Assembly (NCBI GenBank): GCA_030648615.1
Contig: JAUSHJ010000071.1
Location: forward strand, 830 to 64,829
Source of the DNA: Candidatus Micrarchaeota archaeon
GTDB taxonomy: Archaea > Micrarchaeota > Micrarchaeia > Anstonellales > Bilamarchaeaceae
Length of the DNA: 64,000 nt
Direction: 5' to 3'
How positions within the stretch are numbered: position 1 is the stretch's first letter; every line of letters begins with the position of its first letter. Position numbers and translations under genes: made by a program. The notes below the pieces were generated by a model that was not told the DNA's origin, searched no databases, and saw only the letters and a list, made by a program, of their open reading frames with translations. Shown here piece after piece: positions 1-9,569 of this stretch.

Positions 1-708
1 GGCATTTCTAAAAATGACTTACTAGTAGTATTCTCCGGCAACCGTGGCTACCATGTTCATGTAAGAGACAGGAATTTTCTTGATCTTGGAAGCGATGAAC
101 GACGGGAACTAGTAGATTACATACGTGGTGCCGGACTTAACTACAGAAACTTTTTTGAAGAAAATTATGGTGGAATAAAAGGAAAGATAAATGGGCCAGA
201 ACCAAGCGATTATGGATATAGAGGTAAATTTGCCCGGGCGGTTCTTAAACTATTGGAAAATGAACCTGAAAAGATATCCAGAAAATTTACCAAAGAAACA
301 GAAAGAAACATGTTCAAAAAAGGAATAGAGAATGGCAATTGGAGCACTTCTCTTTCAGACATAATCGAACGGGTAGGCATAGTTGCCAGTGAACTGCCAT
401 TGCACACAGTAGACACAGATGCAGGAGTAACTTTTGACACAAGTAAACTTATAAGAGTCCCAAATAGCATTCATGGTGAAACAGGATTCGTTGCAAAAAT
501 AGTGAAGGATTTAGATTCGTTCAATCCGTTCAGAGATGCAACATTGAAATTAAAAGGAGAATTGAAAGTAAAATTTACAGAAGATGTTCCTGTAATTCAA
601 TTTGGAGATGAAACCATTGGTCCATTTGTAAAAGAGAGAGAGGAAACACTTGGGGAAGCACAGGCATTGTTCTTTATTCTAAAGGGAAGTGCAGTAATTC
701 TTGGCTAG
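1..708 (+). CDS. priS: DNA primase small (catalytic) subunit, 5'-truncated by the window edge
   Basis: Frame +1 is open from base 1: GISKNDLLVVFSGNRGYHVHVRD... and later TFDTSKLIRVPNSIHGETG, both PriS motifs. The ORF-track start at 253 is internal. Confidence 0.92.
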   Translation, partial: GISKNDLLVVFSGNRGYHVHVRDRNFLDLGSDERRELVDYIRGAGLNYRNFFEENYGGIKGKINGPEPSDYGYRGKFARAVLKLLENEPEKISRKFTKETERNMFKKGIENGNWSTSLSDIIERVGIVASELPLHTVDTDAGVTFDTSKLIRVPNSIHGETGFVAKIVKDLDSFNPFRDATLKLKGELKVKFTEDVPVIQFGDETIGPFVKEREETLGEAQALFFILKGSAVILG

Positions 709-710
709 AG

Positions 711-831
711 AGTAGAAGCTCGCAAAGCGAGCGGTAGACAAGCTTTTCGCTCTGAGCGAAAAGATGTCCATTGTTGCAAGGCAACAATTGGAAGGTAGAA
801 CGACTGCTAGAAGGTAAAGAGTATTTCTACT
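711..831. repeat. Tandem-hairpin cassette, intergenic
   Basis: GCTCGC-AAA-GCGAGC (718-732), CTTTTCGC-TCTGA-GCGAAAAG (743-763), ATTGTTGC-AAG-GCAACAAT (770-788); closing arms AGTAGAA (711-717) / TTCTACT (825-831). Confidence 0.8.
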
Positions 832-878
832 AACAGCATTTAGTAACATTGATAAACACTCCTAATCATGATATTCTT

Positions 879-1766
879 ATGAATATGGCAACTAAAATAA
901 AGGCAGTAAGAGCAAATCCAATCAAATCACCACTAAAAGACGTTTTGTTGTCCAGTTTAAGGGAGTACTCTGAAATAGGTTCAACTACTATAGATGGAAA
1001 AAGATTTACACCAGATAGATCTTTCGAATTAGCAAAATTCTTATTCAAATTATCATTAGGACATACTGTCGGTGCGGTAATAATCCCAGTACCGGAAAAA
1101 AAACCTGTGTTCGTAGTAGGAGACAAAGTACATAGTTTTGGAGTGAAAAACGAAACCACAGTAATTATTTTAGCTAATTGTGAAACTAACTTAGTAGATA
1201 TGCCTTACGGATCTCCGTTTTTAGGATATGTACCAAACCAAGGTTTTGTACCATTAGGGCAGTATGTATTTGTAGACGGGGTAGAAAGAATATTAACTCA
1301 ACCTAAAAATCCGCTCACTTTTAGAGTATTGGAACGTCTGGGGCCAGATGAAGCATTAAACACCGTACTTTTCGATGCAATAAACGCTGATAACGTATAC
1401 ATGAATCTTGTGGCAAACGCCAAAGATGTTCGAGATCAGGACATAAGAGGTTTAATGAGTATGATTCTCTCAACTGAACCGTTGATAGCATTTCTGGAAT
1501 GGTTGACGAATGTTCCACCTGAAACAAAAACAGAAATACTTAGAAGCTTCGGAATAGAAAGAGAAGAACAATTGTTTTCAATTGAAGCGATACCTCTTAG
1601 AGTAAAGATTGGCACTTTAGCAAACAACTTGGTTAGTAGTTATCTGAAAAAACATGGATATCCGAATATAGCTGAACTAATAGATACCCAAGCGATAGCA
1701 GATATAGGTCTAAACGTATTTGGAGGAAATTTCGGAGCATCTGTAGTGTTGGTGCAACCAAAATAG
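879..1766 (+). CDS. Hypothetical protein (orphan)
   Basis: Long ORF; first ATG at 879 (ORF track uses TTG at 849); no motif recognised. Confidence 0.6.
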   Translation: MNMATKIKAVRANPIKSPLKDVLLSSLREYSEIGSTTIDGKRFTPDRSFELAKFLFKLSLGHTVGAVIIPVPEKKPVFVVGDKVHSFGVKNETTVIILANCETNLVDMPYGSPFLGYVPNQGFVPLGQYVFVDGVERILTQPKNPLTFRVLERLGPDEALNTVLFDAINADNVYMNLVANAKDVRDQDIRGLMSMILSTEPLIAFLEWLTNVPPETKTEILRSFGIEREEQLFSIEAIPLRVKIGTLANNLVSSYLKKHGYPNIAELIDTQAIADIGLNVFGGNFGASVVLVQPK

Positions 1767-1771
1767 GGAAC

Positions 1772-1831
1772 CTGAAACTGAGAATCCAAAATCTAGACTC
1801 AAAACCAGAGACAAGACTTGAAACCAACTAC
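1772..1831 (+). repeat. Degenerate heptamer array (NNRARAC-like)
   Basis: ctgaaac tgagaat ccaaaat ctagac tcaaaac cagagac aagac ttgaaac caactac, immediately after the stop at 1766. Confidence 0.6.
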
Positions 1832-1869
1832 TTGGCTACTTTTATAAATCATAGAGCAGAATCTCTTCT

Positions 1870-2865
1870 ATGGTGGAGTTAACAGATACGCTCAGATTAG
1901 CAACAATAGTAGTAACTATTTCTATAATACTCTCAGGTATAGCTCTTGGTTTAGGAAGATCTCTGGGATATAGAAATATGGAGAATTTTGGAAAGGAAGA
2001 ACTTGGACAATCAATAATAAACGCTGCATTGTTAGGCATAGCAGCTACAATTATTGAAACTACTAAATCAATATCGGCAGATGCTGTAAAAGATACGATT
2101 TGTCAAGCAGCAATTAGCGAAGATGCCATAGCAAAAATAAGCTGCATACAACAAAGTCTTAGTACTGCACTTTTCGGTTTAATCCAGGAAAATATAAAAA
2201 CGCTAAACATAGTCGGCTATTACCAGACATTATCTCTTAATTTTGGTTCATTTTCAATACAGCCATTCATAAATCTCGGAGGAGTGAGTTCAACATTGCA
2301 ATCACAGTTACTGATACTAGAAAATACTCTCATTATGATTAATCTAAATTCACAATTCATTGATTTCATTTCTCAAAATGCATTTGGACTTATATTCGCT
2401 CTAGGGCTAATATTCCGTGCTTTCTTTGCAACAAGAAAATTAGGTGGTTTCCTAATTGCACTCGCCATAGGATTATTTGTGTTTTATCCGATATTTATAA
2501 TGGCATTTCCTACTCCGTATACAGAAATACAAAGTGCAACCGTAAATGCGTCGTTATTCAATAACAATACAAATTACGCATTGATCCCGATAGTTGACCT
2601 TAACGGCAATAATGCCATAGCACAAAAACTTGATAGCCTAGCTGGAAGAACTAGCAACGTAACAAATTCTACCATGACTATGACTGATTTCAGCGGAGAC
2701 TTAACCACCATAATCGGATTAAATGCCAATGCGATAGCCAAAACACTATTATATTCAGTCATAGCCCCAATATTCTCACTCATCATCACAGTCGTATTTA
2801 TAAAAGAACTCTCAAATATCTTAGGAGGAGAGATTGCTTCAGGGCAGATTTTTAACAATCTTTAA
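1870..2865 (+). CDS. Multi-pass membrane protein, first gene of the VirB4-like operon
   Basis: Several hydrophobic helices; stop overlaps the next start. Confidence 0.75.
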   Translation: MVELTDTLRLATIVVTISIILSGIALGLGRSLGYRNMENFGKEELGQSIINAALLGIAATIIETTKSISADAVKDTICQAAISEDAIAKISCIQQSLSTALFGLIQENIKTLNIVGYYQTLSLNFGSFSIQPFINLGGVSSTLQSQLLILENTLIMINLNSQFIDFISQNAFGLIFALGLIFRAFFATRKLGGFLIALAIGLFVFYPIFIMAFPTPYTEIQSATVNASLFNNNTNYALIPIVDLNGNNAIAQKLDSLAGRTSNVTNSTMTMTDFSGDLTTIIGLNANAIAKTLLYSVIAPIFSLIITVVFIKELSNILGGEIASGQIFNNL

Positions 2866-3662
2866 TGAGGGGAATTATGGCAGTAAGCAACAGACTTGTA
2901 ACAGGAATTGCAATAGGTGGAGGCATACTCTCGATACTTTCTGCATTCAGTTTAGGTAGCGTGATATTCACAGTTATTGCAGCACTACTATTTCTAATTT
3001 CCCTAGTAGTATGGAAATATGGGCATATTTTAATTCCAGCAATAACCAAAGCAACAAATTTTATAGAAGTAAGAGATGGTTATGAAATATCCCCAACTAG
3101 AGATTATATAATAAAGAAAAGTGAAAATGGATATTATGCAAGCAAATTCCTTGAAATAAGATTCTACGAAAGTACCATGGACAAACAGGAAGAACAGAAG
3201 ACTTCCATGATAGAATCATTTGAACGCGCCATAAGCTCTCTCAAGTATATAGTAAAGATTTCACTACTTATTTCAGCAGTTGACCTCTCAAAACACATTG
3301 ATGACATAAAAACTAAGAGAGGTTCTGCAGAAAGCAAAAAATCAAAAATTGCCAAAGAAGGAAGCGATGAGGGCATAAGAACTGATAGGGAAATAGCAAT
3401 GTGGAACAGATTGCTTGACCGCATAACTCACGGTGAAAGACCAGTGGAAGTTATTGCTTATGCTAGCACTACTTCATTTGGATTAACCAAAGAAGAAGCC
3501 GTTGCAAAAGTAAGAAGGCAGGCTAAAGAGATTAGAACGATACTCTCAAGCACCTTGGGATGCGACATAGTTGAAATGGTTGATTTAGATATGGTGAAAT
3601 GTTTCGAATGGGATAAATTTTTTCCTGCAACTCAGGAAGAACTAAGAGATGAATTGTTCTAA
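2865..3662 (+). CDS. Membrane-anchored protein (2 N-terminal TM helices plus soluble/coiled domain), VirB4-associated
   Basis: N-terminal hydrophobic hairpin, charged helical middle region; operon context. Confidence 0.7.
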   Translation: MRGIMAVSNRLVTGIAIGGGILSILSAFSLGSVIFTVIAALLFLISLVVWKYGHILIPAITKATNFIEVRDGYEISPTRDYIIKKSENGYYASKFLEIRFYESTMDKQEEQKTSMIESFERAISSLKYIVKISLLISAVDLSKHIDDIKTKRGSAESKKSKIAKEGSDEGIRTDREIAMWNRLLDRITHGERPVEVIAYASTTSFGLTKEEAVAKVRRQAKEIRTILSSTLGCDIVEMVDLDMVKCFEWDKFFPATQEELRDELF

Positions 3663-3688
3663 TGAACAACTATTCTAAGCGTGTTTAA

Positions 3689-4336
3689 ATGGACTTGTTA
3701 TCTGCACTGGCAAATGGAACCTGTCTCGGACCTCTTTTCGTAGGAACAGTAATCTTAACTTTACTTAACAACTTATGGATCAGTTTAACTAAGAGAAACG
3801 GAATAGCTTATCTCCATACCGACAATAGAGAACCAAACAAATGGATATTATATTTACTATCCGTGGTTTCTACGCTTACCGTAATCCCGATATTACTATT
3901 GACAATATATAATATCCAAAATTACACGATTGCAGATATTATGGTAATAGGCGCATGGATAACCATGAGCTCATTATTATTTGGCTTAATAAGAGTAGAC
4001 ACCTATGAGTTCCTAGGCAACAGACTATTCTTATTATTTGCATGGTTGGGCACCATGGCTCTAACAGAATATGGATTACTTGCTCATCTAAGAATGATAG
4101 GTGGAACACCTACACTTTTTGCAGATTCATTAACTATATTAGGTGTAATAATCGTAAGTATGATGTCTCAGGTTACTGTTACTCAGGAATCTGAATTTTA
4201 TGAGGAAAACGAATTGGAAAGTATCACACCAAAAATTGAAACTGAATCGGAAGTTGAACCTAAAACAAAATTTAAGATTAGTAGAAAACCTAATGCTGAA
4301 AAGGATATGAGAAAGAAAAATAAGGTGAAACTGTAG
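3689..4336 (+). CDS. Multi-pass membrane protein with charged C-terminal tail
   Basis: About 5 hydrophobic segments; operon context. Confidence 0.7.
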   Translation: MDLLSALANGTCLGPLFVGTVILTLLNNLWISLTKRNGIAYLHTDNREPNKWILYLLSVVSTLTVIPILLLTIYNIQNYTIADIMVIGAWITMSSLLFGLIRVDTYEFLGNRLFLLFAWLGTMALTEYGLLAHLRMIGGTPTLFADSLTILGVIIVSMMSQVTVTQESEFYEENELESITPKIETESEVEPKTKFKISRKPNAEKDMRKKNKVKL

Positions 4337-4361
4337 ATGAATTGTCCCATGGAACAACAAG

Positions 4362-4466
4362 CTTGTCGCAAAACGACAAGGTACAATCAACAACAAAAGT
4401 TGTTGATGCACATTGTTTTCAACAGAAAACAATCGTGCCTATTGTTCGAATATCGAACAATCAGGA
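4362..4466. repeat. Tandem-hairpin cassette, four hairpins
   Basis: CTTGTCG-CAAAA-CGACAAG (4362-4380), ATCAACAAC-AAAA-GTTGTTGAT (4386-4407), ATTGTTTTC-AACA-GAAAACAAT (4412-4433), ATTGTTCG-AATAT-CGAACAAT (4441-4461). Confidence 0.85.
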
Positions 4467-4488
4467 TATCTCGACAGGTGATGTCTCG

Positions 4489-5928
4489 ATGAAATTATCA
4501 TACTTATTATCCAAAGAACTTTCCAGAAGAATGATACTTGTCCATCCTCCAGAACCAAGAAAAGATTTACTACTTGCACCTCCTGATGATGCAATATACT
4601 TAGGAAGAACAAGATACTTGGGAACTCCAGTCTTCTGGGATCCGACAAAACTTATCAACCCACATATAGCAATAGTAGGGATAACCGGAAGTGGAAAATC
4701 CTATTTGGTTAAATCTTTCCTCACACGAGCCAGCATGATATGGAACACCAATGCGATTATACTTGACTGGGTAGGAGAATACGTAAAATGGGTAGAACAA
4801 GCTGGGGGAACAGTGATAAAACTTGGAAAAGAAAAGTTAAATCTTCTAGATCTTGCTGGAGTGGAAAAAACAGAAAGGATAAAACAAATAATTTCTGCTC
4901 TAGATATTCTACTTAACTTAAAGCAATATCTTAACGAAAGAGATGAAATAGAAGAAGCGCTTGAAGAGATTTATGAAAAAATGAAGAAACCAACTCTAGT
5001 AGATGTTGTAAAACATTTAGAAACAAAAAAACATAAAAAAGCTGCAAGACTTATAAAAAAATTTACTATAGAAGGAAGTGACTTCTTTGCTGGAAAATCC
5101 ACGCTCAACATAAGAGAACTTACTAAAACTGGCTTAGTATGCTTGGATCTCCATGAATTACCTACGGAAGAAATTCGCTCTCTAGCTGGTTTGACCATAC
5201 TTCAGTATATAAAAGAAACGATGAGGAAAACTAAAGTAGGTGAAGAAAAAGGAATAAAATTATTTGTAGTATTAGATGAAGCATGGAAAATAGCCCAAGA
5301 CGAAACCAGTGACGTCATAACCATAGTAAGAGAAGGAAGAAAATACAATTTCGCACTTATTGTCGCAACTCAGAACCCTACCGACATGCATAAAACGATA
5401 TTCAGCAACGTAGGTACAATGTTCATACTTAGATTAGTACTTAGAGAATTCAGAGATTATGTAAAGAATTCTATAGGTTATAGTGAATTTATAGATCAGG
5501 AAATGGGTAAATTTGGAGTAGGAGACGCTGCAATCAATATGATATTTGCAGAAAGGCAATCAAGAATCACTACGTTCTTATTAAACAAGATTGATGGAGA
5601 AGAACCACTTTTCCAATTCAAGATAAAGGGTGGGGACATGGATGTTGAAATAGAAAGAGAACAGTTCATAAAAATGCTTTACGAAATTGGATTAAATGAA
5701 GGACAAATAAATACGTTAAAACTGGAATTCGAAAAAAACGATGGCATAGTTGAAGGAGAAAGGCTAGTCTCTATTTTAGAAAAATTTGGCTACTCAAAAC
5801 CATCGATAATATCTTTTCTAAGGCAACTTGGTATAGATGAGAAGAATTTAATACATATATTCTCCTTAGTAAGAATGAGAAAGGCATCCAAGGGAGTAGT
5901 TAACATAGTGCTAGATAAGAAGGTATAA
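4489..5928 (+). CDS. VirB4/HerA-FtsK-superfamily ATPase
   Basis: Walker A GITGSGKS, Walker B FVVLDEAWK, REGRKYNFALIVATQNP. Start moved to ATG 4489 (SD AGGTGA upstream); the 49 extra codons in the ORF track are the hairpin cassette. Confidence 0.85.
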   Translation: MKLSYLLSKELSRRMILVHPPEPRKDLLLAPPDDAIYLGRTRYLGTPVFWDPTKLINPHIAIVGITGSGKSYLVKSFLTRASMIWNTNAIILDWVGEYVKWVEQAGGTVIKLGKEKLNLLDLAGVEKTERIKQIISALDILLNLKQYLNERDEIEEALEEIYEKMKKPTLVDVVKHLETKKHKKAARLIKKFTIEGSDFFAGKSTLNIRELTKTGLVCLDLHELPTEEIRSLAGLTILQYIKETMRKTKVGEEKGIKLFVVLDEAWKIAQDETSDVITIVREGRKYNFALIVATQNPTDMHKTIFSNVGTMFILRLVLREFRDYVKNSIGYSEFIDQEMGKFGVGDAAINMIFAERQSRITTFLLNKIDGEEPLFQFKIKGGDMDVEIEREQFIKMLYEIGLNEGQINTLKLEFEKNDGIVEGERLVSILEKFGYSKPSIISFLRQLGIDEKNLIHIFSLVRMRKASKGVVNIVLDKKV

Positions 5929-5930
5929 AT

Positions 5931-6632
5931 ATGACTGAAAAACGAATTACGATAAATGCAAAATGCAGAGTAAAACTAGATAAATTAATGCCGTTATTTT
6001 CATCACTAGGCTATAATAAAGTAGAATATAAAAAAGATAAAATTATTATAGAAAAATTCACCCAGGATCTGCAAGGTGAAAACACCCTTGATTATGGAAT
6101 TTTACTAAAAACAAATTCACTAGAATTTTATTATTCACAAACTGAAGGAAGCGGGAAACGAAAAAGAATGGTTGAACTTTTTCAGACATTTATGGATGTT
6201 TTGACGATTATAGGAAAAAATTACTTGGTTGAACCAACAGAGATAGCAAAAAATGCTAATTCTGTACTAAAAGAAGTTGCCCCTAATCTCGATAAAGATC
6301 TTCTTGAAGTAAACGCGCAATTAGAAGAGTCTAAAGAAAAACATGATGATTTGAAGAAAAGGTATGAAGACCTGGTGAGATCAAGCGAAGAAAATGCAAG
6401 AATATTATTAGAATGTGAAAGAAGGAGAGATGAATTACGTTTAAGAGTTGAAGAACTTGGGAAACTAAGTGATGAGAGTTTAATACAGGAAGTTTACCAA
6501 TGGATAAAAATTCATGGCGGAAGCATAGATACTACGGAATTCTGCAAAGCATATGGAATTCCACCAAAAAGAGCTGAAGAAGGATTAGAGATACTTATTA
6601 AAACAGGTTTCATAAGAAGAAGGAGTGATTAG
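5931..6632 (+). CDS. Coiled-coil protein with possible C-terminal winged helix
   Basis: Heptad-rich middle region; C-terminal IDTTEFCKAYGIPPKRAEEGLEILIKTGFI; 2 bp after the ATPase stop. Confidence 0.65.
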   Translation: MTEKRITINAKCRVKLDKLMPLFSSLGYNKVEYKKDKIIIEKFTQDLQGENTLDYGILLKTNSLEFYYSQTEGSGKRKRMVELFQTFMDVLTIIGKNYLVEPTEIAKNANSVLKEVAPNLDKDLLEVNAQLEESKEKHDDLKKRYEDLVRSSEENARILLECERRRDELRLRVEELGKLSDESLIQEVYQWIKIHGGSIDTTEFCKAYGIPPKRAEEGLEILIKTGFIRRRSD

Positions 6633-6761
6633 ATGCCTAAAATCACTAAATTTAATTTTGTTATTCTTAAGAATTACAACAAAGAGAGAAAATTTATTGT
6701 GCTTAAACCATTTAAGAATTCTCCATTTGACAGATTGGTGGGGATTTTTAGAAGGAAATAA
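6633..6761 (+). CDS. Small basic ORF, 42 aa (MPKITKFNFVILKNYNKERKF...), not in the ORF track
   Basis: ATG directly after the preceding stop, SD-like GGAGTGA upstream, stop followed by an A/T tract. Confidence 0.4.
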   Translation: MPKITKFNFVILKNYNKERKFIVLKPFKNSPFDRLVGIFRRK

Positions 6762-6771
6762 AAAAAGAGAA

Positions 6772-7590
6772 TTAACCAGACCTGTTTCGTTTTATTCCTC
6801 TTTTTGGTATTTTTGATTTTGGCGGAAATTTCCTGACTACTGACTCGTATTTAAATCGCATTTCTTGATCAGTCTGAGTCATCAGTAGTGGTTTTAGTTT
6901 TTCTACTTCTGCTACTAGAACTTTCCTAACTGTTAAATATGCAGCCACTGAAGAAAATTTTTCTGTTTGGGAAAGATAGTGGATGGCACGACCAATAAAC
7001 TCACACCTGGATTTCACATCTGATTCTTGCCTAGAAAGTTCTACGTAAATAACTGCGGCACGTTTCCTAGTTTCTTCGCTCAGAAAAACATCCGACAAAA
7101 TACGTTTAAATAAATGAGGAAGGTCAGAATCGACATGAATTTTCTTAGGCGGGGTTTTATTATATTTATCAATGATCTTGCATGCAACAAATTCTGCTAA
7201 TGATCTAGCTTGTTTCTGAGTTTCTGTGGGCGTAGATATACTTGGAGAACCAGTACACCTGTAAATATAATCATAGCGCTTTTCTAACCATCGGACTCTC
7301 ATAACATTGTTTAAATGTACTGATTCGAGTTCTCGGATAGCATTCTTAAAAGCTATTCCTGATTCTTCTCTTAAATTTTTGATTCTTTCTGATCTTTGAG
7401 CATTGAGAACTGCATTAACATCTACGAATACCATATCATCTGAGAAAATAGAAATCCCATGCGAATCTTCTGTAATTATATGTCTTGGACCTGCTACAAT
7501 TTCACCATATGCCTTTACGTCTCCTCCAACCACTCGGTTCCGAAGTTCCTGTAAATGTTCCTGCCAAGTTTTTTCAATCATATCATCCAC
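6772..7590 (-). CDS. Hypothetical protein (orphan)
   Basis: 272-aa ORF with SD GGAGGTGG; no motif recognised. Confidence 0.6.
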   Translation of the reverse strand: MDDMIEKTWQEHLQELRNRVVGGDVKAYGEIVAGPRHIITEDSHGISIFSDDMVFVDVNAVLNAQRSERIKNLREESGIAFKNAIRELESVHLNNVMRVRWLEKRYDYIYRCTGSPSISTPTETQKQARSLAEFVACKIIDKYNKTPPKKIHVDSDLPHLFKRILSDVFLSEETRKRAAVIYVELSRQESDVKSRCEFIGRAIHYLSQTEKFSSVAAYLTVRKVLVAEVEKLKPLLMTQTDQEMRFKYESVVRKFPPKSKIPKRGIKRNRSG

Positions 7591-8092
7591 CTCCGATTTT
7601 ACCCTTTGGCTGATTCTTCACTCGTTTCGGAGTTTCTGGCTTAGATGGAACTTCCCTTACTGCAAAATGGTATTTGTCACGCATTTCTTTATCTACAAAA
7701 GGGTTATCGGGATTTTCTTTATGGGCTAGTTTATCTTTGACTAATCTTTCTTTGATAGCTTCTACCATTGGAGCTCGCATTTCTTTAGTATATTCTGGAC
7801 GTTCAGGCTCCGCTAATGTGTTCCTCAAATCTTGTCTCAGAAATTTAAACCATAATTTAAAAGTAGCGCTAGATTGAATCCCATTTGCTTGCATTTGTAT
7901 GTCATAAAGAAGTTTTTGAAGCTCATAAAATATTTCTGCCCCTTGTTTCCTTACTTCCAATGGCAACCACGTATTTCTTTGAAGATAATAGCCAAAAGAA
8001 TCTAGCCCCTGAAATATATCCTGATATTTGCATTTTTGTTCTCTGTTAAGCTTTACTTCCTTATATTCATATAATATCATCATAATCACCAC
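7583..8092 (-). CDS. Hypothetical protein (orphan)
   Basis: 169-aa ORF overlapping the next start by 8 nt; exact start uncertain. Confidence 0.5.
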   Translation of the reverse strand: MVIMMILYEYKEVKLNREQKCKYQDIFQGLDSFGYYLQRNTWLPLEVRKQGAEIFYELQKLLYDIQMQANGIQSSATFKLWFKFLRQDLRNTLAEPERPEYTKEMRAPMVEAIKERLVKDKLAHKENPDNPFVDKEMRDKYHFAVREVPSKPETPKRVKNQPKGKIGGG

Positions 8093-8197
8093 AGTAGTTT
8101 CTTTGCATGGTTAATTGAGGCGATGGTAGTATATTTTAATTTACCCTCACATTTGAGGCTTTAACGATTTATAGAAAAAGAACAGGTTCCCACGGAA

Positions 8198-8521
8198 TTA
8201 TTTTATCATACCTATGATATTACCCAAAAGTCTTGAATGAAACTCCGGAGTAACCTTACCTATAACTGTTAATACTTGCTTAACATGCAACTTTAAAAGT
8301 CCATCAAACCGTGCACTGCTGTTTTTGTCAAGAACACAATTAACGTCTTTCTCAGAAATTGGAATGCAGTAGTCATCAGTAGCAGTAGTTATAGAAGCAA
8401 CTAACAGAAAATTAGCTTTGTGATAGTGATCATCTGAAAAAACGATCGCTGGTCTTGTTTTACTTTCAGGAGAATCTGAAAAATATACTTTAGCTAAAAC
8501 AACATCACGCCTTCTGACCAT
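8198..8521 (-). CDS. PemK/MazF-family toxin (type II TA)
   Basis: MVRRRDVVLAKVYFSDSPESKTRPAIVFS...VASIT matches the MazF GDVV..F.D....K.RPA pattern; follows an RHH antitoxin. Confidence 0.85.
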   Translation of the reverse strand: MVRRRDVVLAKVYFSDSPESKTRPAIVFSDDHYHKANFLLVASITTATDDYCIPISEKDVNCVLDKNSSARFDGLLKLHVKQVLTVIGKVTPEFHSRLLGNIIGMIK

Positions 8522-8762
8522 GTAAATACCTCTTTGTGTAAAACTCAGATGATTTTTCATCAGACGGATTGTTCCAATGCGCTTCTATGGCTAACTGATT
8601 AAGTGGTTCTTCCTCAGACTGATTTTTTATTTTCAACTGTTCTTCATAGTATCTAGTAATAGCTAATCGTATCGCTTCTGTTTTATTTGCTGCTAGCCCT
8701 CGATTCACCAGATTATTAATAAACTTTTCAAGCTCACCTTCCAAATGTAGATTTACGTTCAT
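8505..8762 (-). CDS. Ribbon-helix-helix antitoxin
   Basis: MNVNLHLEGELEKFINNLVNRGLAANKTEAIRLAI (RHH signature); overlaps the toxin start. Confidence 0.8.
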   Translation of the reverse strand: MNVNLHLEGELEKFINNLVNRGLAANKTEAIRLAITRYYEEQLKIKNQSEEEPLNQLAIEAHWNNPSDEKSSEFYTKRYLHGQKA

Positions 8763-8844
8763 AAATACCCCTTTGTACAATTTATATTATTATAATAGCA
8801 CTAAAGTATTATAAATAATGCATATTGGTATTTAATAGTATTAT

Positions 8845-9507
8845 CTATTTCAACTGCATAATCAGATTTGGCATAAGCTTCTCCTCTGCTCTCTTCAGAT
8901 GTTCCCTAAATGTAGCAACTGAAATGCCCATAGCCTTTGCTAATTTCCCTAGGTCAGTTTTTCTGGGCCAGACATAGTAACCAAATTCAAATGCAATGGT
9001 GATCGCAAGTCTTTGTTGTAGAGTCAACTTAGGCATAAACCTGGAGAAATAGATATCTGTAAGTTTTGTTTCTTTTATGCTCTTTATGTCAAGCTTAATC
9101 GCAATCTTCTTGACGTCGGATAAGAAATTATTTATTATCGACTTGTCCCATGTTGCAACTTCCCAGTGTTCAACACCGTTGTTGTCGATATTGATAGGCT
9201 TGGTAAAAAGGAGTTTGGGGGCAAGAGAAGACCAGACACTAACAGGAATGAGAGACTTGGTAACTTCTATGAGAAAGAGAGTATTGCCTTCAACCTCGAG
9301 ATTCTTCACACGCTTATCTTCTTTGAGTGCTTGCACAAAACTATTTATGTTTTCCTCTGTTCCCCAAAGAGTATGCACTTCTGGAGAGTGAGTGGTGCCC
9401 TTCTCTAGGAATACATTAAAAGGCTGGGAAACTGTAGAAACTTTGAATTCCCGGCATTTGTTTGCAATAATACAATCATGCAATATGCTAAATCGTGCAA
9501 CCCACAT
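8845..9507 (-). CDS. Bat/HTH-10-type archaeal transcription regulator
   Basis: C-terminal LTLQQRLAITIAFEFGYYVWPRKTDLGKLAKAMGISVATFREHLKRAE. Confidence 0.85.
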   Translation of the reverse strand: MWVARFSILHDCIIANKCREFKVSTVSQPFNVFLEKGTTHSPEVHTLWGTEENINSFVQALKEDKRVKNLEVEGNTLFLIEVTKSLIPVSVWSSLAPKLLFTKPINIDNNGVEHWEVATWDKSIINNFLSDVKKIAIKLDIKSIKETKLTDIYFSRFMPKLTLQQRLAITIAFEFGYYVWPRKTDLGKLAKAMGISVATFREHLKRAEEKLMPNLIMQLK

Positions 9508-9569
9508 ATGTAAGGTTTGGATGATAAAGTTTTAATTGTTGAGCGATAATCGTAAATCAGGTGTAATTC

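Noticed and set aside
4342-4488. 49-aa N-terminal extension of the VirB4-like ATPase in the ORF track
   Set aside because: TTG start; the sequence is the hairpin cassette, and there is a better SD plus ATG at 4489.
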